Below, piece by piece: positions 17,223 to 28,300 of a stretch of DNA of 39,577 nucleotides. Position 1 is the first letter of the stretch; each line of letters opens with the position of its first letter. Where the stretch lies: positions 1 to 39,577 of IMG/VR virus record IMGVR_UViG_3300045116_000020, one strand, 5' to 3'. Under the pieces are notes generated by a model. That model saw only the letters and a list, made by a program, of their open reading frames with translations. It was not told the DNA's origin and ran no database searches. The translations under genes were made by a program, and so were the position numbers. This DNA comes from a virus. Lineage: Duplodnaviria > Caudoviricetes.

Positions 17223-17845
17223 TATTGGCCCTCCTCATTGCCGAAAAACTTAATCAAATGCACCTGCGCAATGCCGGCCTCCTCGGTAATACCTGTCCCA
17301 GGATCAATCTTTTCTGCTACGACCTGTGCGACGATGGCTCGAACGGCTTGTTTGCAGGTCTGGAGCCGCTGGAAGGATGCGCCTCGCTGAATTGTCAACG
17401 CCAAGTATAACTTCTTGATGTCGTTAAGCGTAAAAAGAACAGGATCATTGTTTTCGGCGAACCAGGCAAATTCCGGCGGAGTCGCGCCGATAATACTAAA
17501 CCCTGATAATGCGCTCTCGATTCTTCCGAAGGAATCATCATCGGCCTGATACAAATGAGTATCTCCACCTTCGGTTATAATTACGAGAGACACCTGCCTG
17601 GCCGTGATTGAGTCGCCGGCAAGCTCCCGCATTTTCACAGCCACAACATCATCAAAGCTTCTTAACGATTCTCTCGTCACCAGAACGGGATACCCATTAT
17701 CTCCTTTTGCAATCACAAAGCCTGCCGATTGTGCAGCGATAAGCTCCGCGTGATACTCCTCTGTGATCTCAATAATCCCATCCCCTTGACAGGCTATGAA
17801 TGAATATCTTTTATCTTCCTCATCCCATTTCGCTTTAATGGCCAT
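17222..17845 (-). CDS. Tail fibre assembly chaperone-like protein
   Basis: IEITEEYHAELIAAQSAGFVI...GYPVL N-terminus typical of Tfa; directly after the fibre gene. Confidence 0.7.
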   Translation of the reverse strand: MAIKAKWDEEDKRYSFIACQGDGIIEITEEYHAELIAAQSAGFVIAKGDNGYPVLVTRESLRSFDDVVAVKMRELAGDSITARQVSLVIITEGGDTHLYQADDDSFGRIESALSGFSIIGATPPEFAWFAENNDPVLFTLNDIKKLYLALTIQRGASFQRLQTCKQAVRAIVAQVVAEKIDPGTGITEEAGIAQVHLIKFFGNEEGQ

Positions 17846-17850
17846 GATAT

Positions 17851-19257
17851 TCACTCTCCGATTGCGTGAATTATTGGGTACTGTGTACCCGTTGCTGAGT
17901 TGAACAAATTGCTTGCAACAATACATCCAGTATTTGTAAATGAATCGAGCTGGTACATCCTATCTGCGCCAGCACCCTGGGTTGTTACTTCTACAAACCG
18001 GCATGTTGTGAACCCCTCAGCGAACGTCACAGAAATACTCATGTTTTCTCCTGTAGAAGCAGGGCCTTTCATCCACAGCTCTTTGAAATATCCGGTTGAG
18101 CTATTTGGATCAGGATATTTTTTTACAACATAGGTGCTGAGGGTTGATTGAAACGCATACTTGTATTGTATTGTCCCAGATACCCTCCAACATGTGCCAG
18201 TCCACACAAACACGGCGAACTCACCGCCCCTGAGCACTACTGACCCACCAGAACCAATGCCATAATCAATCTGTGTGCTTCCATACCCATGTATTGTCGC
18301 GGTTCCGGTTACCTGAGTTTTACCGATGACTATCGCCATACCCATAACCCCGTCATTTCCGGCACAATCAGGAAGCGTAGTAGATTGATTGCCCGTTGAT
18401 GTCAAAAAGCAGTACTCTCCTATGTATGACATGCTGAGAGAAACGGTTTCCCCGCTGAAGTACGACGACGAGCGATACCCGCCAAGACGCGCCTCGTCTG
18501 CTTTCTGAATGAGCGCATTTGTTATCGTTGTTGCAAAATTCGCATCGTTCCCAAGTGCAGCCGCGAGTTCGTTCAGCGTATCGAGTGCTGCAGGGCTGCT
18601 TGCGACAAGCGCTGCTACAGCCGAATTGATTGCGGCCAATATCGAGGTCATATCGCTGCTCGATACCGGGACAGTAACATCAGCCGTCCCATCGAACGGA
18701 ACTCCGTTGATATTTCGAGGTACGGCCAGCCTTGTTGCCGTCGTCGCTCCAGAAACAGAGACATAAGTAAGGTTGGCGGTAATCGGTTGCGTTGCCGATA
18801 TGGTCACGTAGGTATATCCGGCAGAGTAATATGACGCCGTGACCGACGCATAGATTGTCACCGCATCACTGAGTTTCAGGTTCCTCCCAGATACGAACAC
18901 ATCGGTCATACTGCCAACCACCTTGAACTGAACGGCTGATACGTAGATTGCCTCAGTCGGGTATACCCACTCCTCGTAGATGTGGGCAACGTCGGACACG
19001 TTATCCGCTGTCCAAATCAGACGACCGTCAGCAGCATAAACCATAAGCTTGTACTTCCCGGCAAGATAGATGTCCGCATATCCAGCGCCATTGAGAGTGA
19101 TCGGCTGCGTGTTTGGTATTGTCCCACTTGGATCGGTATAGGTAGGTTTGTGCGCCGATGTACCCGCCTCATAGGAATAAACCTTGCCAAGCGCGAGTGG
19201 CAAGCCGGTTTGGGGATCCCAGAAATAGGCTTTCGGTATGATGAGAGGGGTTGCCAT
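17851..19257 (-). CDS. Tail fibre/spike with P22-type head-binding N-terminus
   Basis: GLPLALGKVYSYEAGTS...TYTD...NTQPITLNGAG head-binding domain; RNINGVPFDGTADV and SPAALDTLNELAAALGNDANFATT fibre motifs. Confidence 0.88.
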   Translation of the reverse strand: MATPLIIPKAYFWDPQTGLPLALGKVYSYEAGTSAHKPTYTDPSGTIPNTQPITLNGAGYADIYLAGKYKLMVYAADGRLIWTADNVSDVAHIYEEWVYPTEAIYVSAVQFKVVGSMTDVFVSGRNLKLSDAVTIYASVTASYYSAGYTYVTISATQPITANLTYVSVSGATTATRLAVPRNINGVPFDGTADVTVPVSSSDMTSILAAINSAVAALVASSPAALDTLNELAAALGNDANFATTITNALIQKADEARLGGYRSSSYFSGETVSLSMSYIGEYCFLTSTGNQSTTLPDCAGNDGVMGMAIVIGKTQVTGTATIHGYGSTQIDYGIGSGGSVVLRGGEFAVFVWTGTCWRVSGTIQYKYAFQSTLSTYVVKKYPDPNSSTGYFKELWMKGPASTGENMSISVTFAEGFTTCRFVEVTTQGAGADRMYQLDSFTNTGCIVASNLFNSATGTQYPIIHAIGE

Positions 19258-19321
19258 AAGGTGCCAGGGTCAGGTTTGAGTTACCTGTATCAAACACTTC
19301 ATGGAACAAAAATCCGACGAA

Positions 19322-22300
19322 TTATTTTTTTTCTACCATACTCATACCAAATGCCATTCTCGCCGCGTTGGTAAGCTTGATTGCTGCCTCATCGTAGCTG
19401 ATCTCGTCGGCGTCAAGGCGCTTGCGAATCAGCTTCATCTTTTTGGCTGCAAAGTCCAGCTTTTTGAGAAGGTATCGCTCTTTTGGCGTGATGTTCCCGC
19501 TTCCTGCTTTCTGCTCAAGTTGCGCCTTTAACTCATAAACCTTATTCACCGTCCGACCTGAATAGTAGGGGTTCCGACTGAACAAGGTTCCGATGATCGG
19601 AATATCGGCCAACTGATCATTGCGCCCAAGCTTTCGAACTCCGAAAATTGCCTCGGCGTTTCTGATCGAGTTCAGCGCAAGGCCGCCAGTCTGGTTGCTC
19701 AGGATGTGCTCGACCTTTCGAGGGCTGACACCAATCACCGAACCGATGGCCTTCGCCATCTCGGTCGTGCCTTTCCCGTACTGATCTTTTGGTATCTTTC
19801 CTTTCTCCTCGTAGTACGGCACAATAGGATTTTCACGGAACGAATCATAGTTCGCCGCAACTTCAACAGAAGGCTTAATCAGTGCCGGGAGAAGATCAAA
19901 CACGCTGTCCGCCGGGAGAAATCCTTTCGCAGTTTCAAGAAGCGCCTCGTTTACCAGCTCAGGATTATCCTTGTAGGCCGCGTAAAATACCGCCTCTGGA
20001 ACCGATCCGAACACAAATCCGAGCTGAAACGGCTTTGGAATCCTGAAAATCGTTCCGCCACCATCAGGGCTGAAATGCCAGTACGCCAGCCGTTCGTACT
20101 TTGTCAGCTCTTCGTACCAGTCCTCATCCTTGTTCAGCATGAAAAGTAGAAGACTCGGCACCGTGATGTAGCTTATCGCCGCGCCAAACGACCGAGCCGC
20201 CGCTTTTCCGTCTTTGCGGAAATCGAACGACCGAACGAACTTCGAGCTGCCCTGAATGGCTGCATTGAAAAACGGGATGATGCCATTCAGTGCCTGAGAA
20301 ATGATTCCCGCCCGTGTAAAGTTCACAGTCACATCCTTGCTGGCCAACAGCGCTTCGATCCGCGCGTCGAGCGAACCAGTCCCATATTTCTCCTCCGACT
20401 TTTCGAGCACGGCCCTGAATTCTGCGATGCGAGGTGCTGACTCATAAAACGACAGCAATGATCTGAAGGCGTCAATAGGATGCTTGAACACCTGAATAAC
20501 CTTCTCTTTTTTTGTCTCAGCCATTCCTTCTTCAAGAAGCCGTTGCGTCGCAATTCGGTCTTGCCCCATCAGCGTAGATAGCTCTCCGCCGAGATTTTTC
20601 CACAACCCGGAATAGCGTCCTTGCTTCAGCTCTTCGAAAAACCCATTGGCCAGAGTATCGAACGGATGGCTACGGCGCTGACCGTAAACAGCTCGATCAA
20701 TGGTGTCGCGGATTGGGTTCTTGATGACGCCAAAGCTGGCGTTGACGCCAACGGCACCCAACTGCACCAAGCGCTTTGCGGGGATAAAGAACGAAAAGAA
20801 CGCAGGAAGATGATCCTTGTCCATCTCCATGATTACCTCGTAAATGGCTGGATCGATCTCCCAAAACTCGCGCTTCCCGTTGCGGATGATGGTAATGATG
20901 TTTTGTTTCCCGGTGTAACGCTGGGCGGAGCTGAACACTCGGAGCACCTGCTCCATGTCTGCGTCGGCAAGATCAACGCCAATCTCTTCGAGCTGCCGGG
21001 CAATGTCGGCAACGCTGAACTCATCGACGTTGACCGGCGCCTGCACCTTGTTGGCGAACCACCCAACAGACAGGATTTCGCCGCGATCTTTCCCGGCCTG
21101 CTCTACCTTCTCGACTGCGCTGGCGATGGAGTTAACAACCATCATCTCGTTTCCAAACCTGATCATCTGCTCTGCCTGCTGCATGAACGAGTCAACGGGA
21201 TCAATGATCCTGCGGCCAGAGCCTTTGATCCGCTTGATGCCAGACGAAAACTTCGAACCGATCCCGCGAGCGCCGCCCATGTGAGTTTCGTCGAAGTAGC
21301 GCTTCAACGGCAAATAGATCGGATTCAGGTCGCGCATAGCCTTTGCCGCATCCGGAGACATGCCTCCGCACTCTACCACGTAATCAATCAGATAGTTAGA
21401 CCATTCAGTAATCCCGAAAAGCGCGTCGTCAAACTCTTTTGATTGCAGCGTTTCAACAGAATACTCTGCATCGCTTTTCGATATTCCTGGGTCAATTCCT
21501 CGCCGGTGAAGATCAAGCGCCCTCCTTGAAAGTGCGTAAACAGTGAACTCTTCGAGCTGGTTTTTGACTGGCCTCAGGTAATCGACCAACGATTTCCCGA
21601 CAATATCGCCGCTCCGATTCACGGCATGGTCGAGGATGAACCGGCGTGCGGTTCCCTGGGCGCTCATTTTAAGCGCCGCTCGCATCATGGCTGGGTTCTC
21701 CGTTGGCCTCAGCTCAACATCTGTGCGCTTAATGAGATCATCGACAACTCTTTCGAGCGGAGCCGCGTCGTTTATCCACATCCGTCGAGAGAAGGATTTC
21801 GAGAGCTTTTCCCATGCCGTCAAGGCTTTGCCCTTGATTCCTGGCGCTACTCGATGGACCATACCAGCAATGCGGCCATAAGCGCCTTGTGATTCCCATT
21901 GCTCGAACAGGGCGGCAGTCGCGTCGAACGATGTTTTCAGGTCAGGGCGTTTGTCGAGAACTTGCGACTCAAACCATGCGTTGGTTGTCTGGTACTCCGA
22001 AACATCCTTTCCCATGATCTTTTTGGCAAAGAACTCGGCGAATCCTTCGCGGTGATAGCCTCCGTTTGGCTTCTTGTCGCCATACAGCTCAACGCCAATT
22101 GCCACCAGCTCTTTCATGACCGTTGACGGATATTCGCTGAACCATTGCAAAATCTTGGCATGTACGGAGTGCCCTGCTTCGTGAGCAATCTTGTCGAGAG
22201 CGTTTGCCTGCTTTACGCGAATCAGATCGTTTTTCGGGTTGAACCAAGAGTCCATGCGGCGGACTCCGAAATATCCCTTTCCGACTTGCACTGGCGTTCC

Positions 22301-25300
22301 GGTCATTCTCTCGATTGCCCGCACAATCTCGTCCGGCGCGATGATGCTCTTGACCTTGCGCTTCATCTGCAACACGGGTGATCGGCGCGACGGCATACCG
22401 AGAACTCCATTTGTCGCCACTGCCTCGCCGCCGACAATCTTTCGGGCAACATCAATCTTTCCGTCTGGCCTGAGCTTCGCACCGAGACTGCGCATTCTGT
22501 CAAAAGCCTTTGCCGCCGCCACCTCAGAAACATCGGCACGCATCATTCCGCCAACGCTCACGAAATCCCCTGTGATACCAATCAACGATTTATCGAGGAA
22601 ATATTTCCCACCAGCCTGTTTCGATCCCTTGATTTCAATGCGAACCACAGCGCCATTCTTTACGGCTTTGATCGCATCGTCAGACGAACGCATAACTCCG
22701 CCAAGATTCAGGTATTCTATGACCTGAGCACCGGTAATGAATGCCACATCATTACTGGACTCAAACTTGTATCCGCGCTTCATCAGGATTCCCTGCTTAA
22801 CCTCACCTTCGGCAGTCGTGTAATTGACGATCGCACCCTGTCCGACAATTCCATAACCCGCAGGTATGTTGCCAGTCAACATGTACCGAGTCTCCTTGTC
22901 GGTATTTTTCAGCGCATCAAACATATCGATCACATGCAAGCCATCAACCAGTCCAACCTCTCGGATGGAAAAGCTTTTGTCGTCGAGCGACGTGCCTGGC
23001 GGGAATAGTTTGCTGAACTGAATGGTAAGCTGCCTTGTTGAACTGGCCACCGACACCTTCATTTTCCACGTCGAAAGAGCCAACGGGTTTTGTGGCTTAC
23101 CCGTCTGCTTGATCTCGGTAACAATCCCGCGATATAGGAATCCTGAGCCATCAACAAGCTCAACAGGAGAACCAACGCCGTGATTTCCGATTATTCTTCT
23201 CCATCGATTTTCCACATTCTCAAGGCGAGTCATTGCCTTGTCTCTGGCTTCGGGGGTCTCAATGTCCTGAAGCTCATTGATCCGGTATGCCTTAAACGCT
23301 TCGAGGCTCTCTTTGATGAACTCTTTCGGCGCTTTCTTTCGCATCAATTCGAGCGCCTCCCACGGCTCGCCCTCTGGCTTTACTCCGGTGGCTTCCTCGA
23401 CCTGCTTCATCACCTCCTCGGAGGTGAAGGGCTTGCTGAGGTTGTTAACCCTGAGCTTTTCGAGGTACACCGCGCCCTGGAACGGACTGTCTCCGGTCTG
23501 CGCCTGAATCTGCTTTGTTTCAAGCACCTCGGCATCGAGCTTCATGGTCTGCGCTTCAAGGGCATTTTCACCTCTGGCGTTCGCCTCGCTGAGGATGCTA
23601 TTGAACTTATCGATCAACTGTTCATAGACCTCTTCCTGCTCTTTGAGCGGAAGCATCGGCACCCTTCCGGTCATGCGACGGGCAATGTCGGCCATGACCG
23701 GCTTATCTGAATCCTCGTCTATCTTGAGAAGATCATTACCGAGCCTTGCCAACAGCTTCGGATTTTCAAGAAGCAACTCGTAGGCGGCCTCGTCACCGTA
23801 GATATTGATGATGTCAGGAACGTCATCGTTGGTGAATCGGCTCTTCGTGCTGCCCGTCGTGTTGGCATTGAGACTGGCCATCTTCTTGGCGAGAACTGCC
23901 GCCGGGCGGTTCTCCGCTGGAATATCGGCGTTGAGCTGGCGGAACCCCGGAAGAACCACTTGGCCGGTACGGTTGACGCGACCAAGCATCTGCATGTGTG
24001 TGTCGATGTTTCCTTCCGCCTGAGCAATGGTCATAATCCTCTTGCGCTGGTCTTTGAAGGTCTCGCTGGCGTGCAGGCTGATGCCCGTAGAGCCGGACTG
24101 ATTCAGAATCACCGCGTCGATGTCGCCGTTATTGAAACCCGCCTTTGTGCGCTCCTTTCCTTTGACGCCGCGCTCGGCAAGGGGTCGCTTGCCGAGAAAA
24201 GCGTTTTTCTCCTTGTCGTACAGCATGATCGACTGACGACCGGTGATCTCCGTGACCTTGTAGCCAGCTTCGGAAATGCGGTGCCTGATCCAGTCGATAG
24301 GTGAAATCGGCATGTTGCTGAAATCACTCGCCTGGACGATCTGCATGATCTTCTTTTCGAGCGATACCGCCATCGGCCCGAGCTGCTGATCGGTCAGACG
24401 CTTCTTCTCAGCAACGTCGCCTTTCTTCATGAACGGCCTGCGCTCCGTTACCCAACGACACTTTTCAAGGTATCGGAGCAAGAGGTCTCCAAATCCAATA
24501 TCAACCTGGTCTCCTTCATTGAGTCCGAGCGAGTCAACGATCTCCTTGTGGAAAGACTCAAGCGTTCCGGCAACTGTAATCACTGGTTTCATGCCCGCTT
24601 TGAGGTCTGCGATAGCCATATCTGCTGCGGCATCCGCCTTGATTGCGAAAAGCATCTGCCCGATGACATTGTGCATGACCGACGTGAAGTTTGTCGAATC
24701 AACGCCAGCGCCGCCGGTTGACTGGTTGCCGCTCATGGCCCGGCCTTCAGCCTTCAGCTCCTTACTGATCCCCTTCGCCGCCACCGCGACCTGTTGGCTG
24801 AATGCGTTGATCCAGCCCATAATATTGGCGACGGTATCGTACTGCTTACGGTCAACTGGAACTTTGACAACCTCATAATCAATGCCGTCAAACGAGCGTT
24901 CACGGCGAAGGTACTGGCCGGATTCAGCCAGCATCGACGCGATGATCTGCTGCATCGGAACGCCACCGCGACCGATCACCTCCGGGAGCTTCTCGATGTC
25001 ATCGACGGCCAATCCCAAATCGGTGGAAGCGTACAAGTCCATCACTTCTGGCCGCTTGGCATAGGTAGCCGATGAGAACACGGTGCCTACCGCCTTGCGC
25101 GTGATGTTTCGAACGAGCTGTGCCCTATCCGGAACATCATCAACGACCTTCTCGCCATTGAATCCGAGCTTCTGATTTCCACCGGCATTATGCGATTCGT
25201 CAACAAGAAAGACTGAAACGGGTGCCAGTGATTCGATAACCCTTCGCCGAGCGGTGTCCTCTCCCTTCACGGTCTGCAACTGTGAGTAGGTTGTAAACAC

Positions 25301-28300
25301 CATGTCGTAACCTGTGTCATCACCTGCAATTTTCTTATGAAGGAATTTCAAAAGCTCGTCGTCATGCGCTTTACCGGATGCCGTCTTAATCGCGCTCTTT
25401 CCTTCTACAAGGCTGATATTCAATCCGGAGTTCGTGGCGAGAATGCGCGGCTCCCGTCCGAGCATTTCCTGAATGCCGGTATCGGAAAGGTCGCGGTACA
25501 TGTCAGCGTAGAGGTCGGGCTTTTCGGTGATGAATACCGGGACATGATTCTTCTTCAATGCCCAACGGAGGATCGAGGCGACAAACCGACCCTTGCCTAT
25601 GCCGGTTTGGTCTCCAATAATGAACGCGGCACCCTTCTGCATGTTGTGGATTGCCAACGCCACGGCATCGATCTGTTCAGCGGATAGGTAATTTCCGATC
25701 TCACCTTCCCTGTATCCAAGTTCTCCGGCCACCCACTTGTCGATGTCACCATGCTGATCGATAACATTTGCCAGAGCGATCTCAACGCCATTGGCCATAT
25801 TGACAGGCAGCAAGGTGCTGACAGACTTTGCCTTGCTTGCTGGTTTATAAGCTGCCTGGCTCTTGCCTTCCTTTATAGACCGAGAGCCACCAGAAGATCG
25901 TCGAAGGTTTTCACTCCTTTTGGGAGCGGGTTCAGCTTGTTTTCGTCCAGTCTTCTGAGCAGGTTTGACTGCATCCATGGATCGCTCATCAGGTGCCACA
26001 TTCGTCTGTCCAGCGCCAACCCGTTTGGTATTACTGGATCGACTCCCGACTCCATTGCTTTGTTCAGAAACTCCTCTTCCAGCTCCTTCTGCTGGCTTTT
26101 CGGCTCTTGCATTATCACCAGTGCCGCGGCTTCTGCGTATCCGCTCACCAGTTGCCCCAACAGTATCTTCTGCTGTGACATAATCTTTTACCCTCTCTTT
26201 TAATGATTTCCAGTCGTTGACTATATCAGGAACGTTCGCTGCCGGGACTTTCAGTGCAGACCTCCCTCGCCCGTGAATTGTGATTACATCCACCGGCCAC
26301 CCGGCACCCTGCTTCTGATAAAGATCGCCAGAAACAATAAAGTGATCAACAACATTGTAGTGCTGGTGCAGCCAGATGTAGAATTCACGCTTTGCCTTGC
26401 CGTTGTAACCATCGGAAAGCGCCTCTTCAGACTCTGCTTTCACGGCTCCAAGAATGAGAACCGCCTTTCCGTCGTCGCTCATGGCGTCGAGTGCTTTCAG
26501 GGCGATGGCGTGGTCGATCTCTTTGGTGCTGTAAACGTCAGAAACCTCGAACTCCTTCGAGCGCCCGCGTTCATCTTTCACCACACCAAACGGAGGATTG
26601 GCAATAACAACGTCAGCCATCTTGTCCGGCACGTATTGGCTGGCGTCATGCTCCGTGACGGCAAACCCCTGCTTTTTCAACGCTTCGGCCCGATCTGGAT
26701 TCAGCTCATTGACCACGGCGTTCTTCGGTGAAGCCTCGATGAGAAGAACACCGTTTCCGGCAGTAGGCTCATAGACTTTTGTGAGACTTCCGATACCGGC
26801 AAGACGGCTCGCTGCATAGGCAAGCGGAAGCGGTGTAGAGTACGCCTGCTGCGCGACAGATTCAGAAGTCCTCACCCCCAGGCGGGGCATGTTGTCGTAG
26901 AGCGCTACAAGCTTCTCGTAGTTGTCATCGAACGAGCCTTTCTCGACGATCTTCCTCGCGGCTTTGACCAAAGCGACTTCAACAAGCTCATCGAAATACT
27001 TTGCCGTGCTGGTGCCGGGTTCGATGTCTATTCCAACCTCATCTTTGTACCAGCGCCGGGCATCAGAAATGCTTTTGAATCCGCTATCGATGAGCCTTGC
27101 AATCAGTCGAGTTTCGATTGTGCGCTGCAATTCGTCGGATTGCTTCGATGGACGTTTCTCCTCAACAGGAGTTGTTTCCGGCTCCTGCTGCTCCGACAAC
27201 TCCGGGGACTCGGCCCATTCCTTAATTGCCTGCTTGCGGTCAGCAATGCGAGAGGGAAGTTTCACGCCGGTGTACTTGGTGAAAATCTTCTCCGTGTTTT
27301 TGTTCGCTCCTTTTGCCTGGCCAATGATCGGCTCCAGCCGTTCAGCATCCTTTTCGAGGATCGCCCGAGCTATGTCACGATGGTAATCCCCGAGTTGTTG
27401 CCCGAGAAGGTCGGCATATTCCTGAGCAATGGACTCCTTGCTCGCGCTCTCATTTTCAGGCGATTGCGCAATCTGCGTCTCCTTATGCTTACCGGCATTT
27501 CCCCACTGGTAATCAAGAGCTTCTCTTTGTTTATCGGTAAGTTCAAACCATGTATCGCGCCTGATGGTCGATGGTCTATGACCGATGGAAACAAGTCGGT
27601 TGTAGCGCTCTGAGTCCGTGATCTTATTCCACCACTCGGGCGGTTCTGTCGTTGTAGCCTTTTCTTTTTCCTTGTCACCTGTCTTGGAAGACTCCTGCTC
27701 GTCACCAAGAACCGGCACGGGATGGCCGTCGAGCAACTTTCTGTCCGCGAAATCGCGTAAAATCTGACCCCCTTCGTTCAAGAAGGCGCTCCGGTCGCCG
27801 GTCTCTTTGGTGAGTTTGTTCTCCATCATCGACAGGCGATAGACCAGCTCGCGGGCATCATCGGGATGCAAATCCTTTTGAACCGCCAGACCGGTAGGGA
27901 TATGCGTCACATTGTAGCCTTTCCCCTCCTTGAAAAACATGAAATCGCCAATCGCCTTACCATTAGTTTTCTTGTCGATTCCGGAAAGCTGAACATCCTT
28001 GACGGTCTTGAACTGTGCCGCTTTGCGAACCTGCTCATTGATCATGTGGTCTCGAACACGAAAATCAGACGTATCGGTTTTGTCTGTTTCAGCAAACGGT
28101 TTCGATTCAGACAACGGCACTGGTGGCTTTGCAGGAGCATTCGCCACAAGCGTTTTCTCTTTTGATTTTATACTAATGATCGCGTTCCCTGCGTGCTGAC
28201 CGCTATAGCTTTCTCTCCCAGGAACATCGCTCTTTGGCCCCCACAGCTCTACGGGAGCTTTTCCGATCTCCGGAGTATCCGTGAACGGTACAGCCCACCC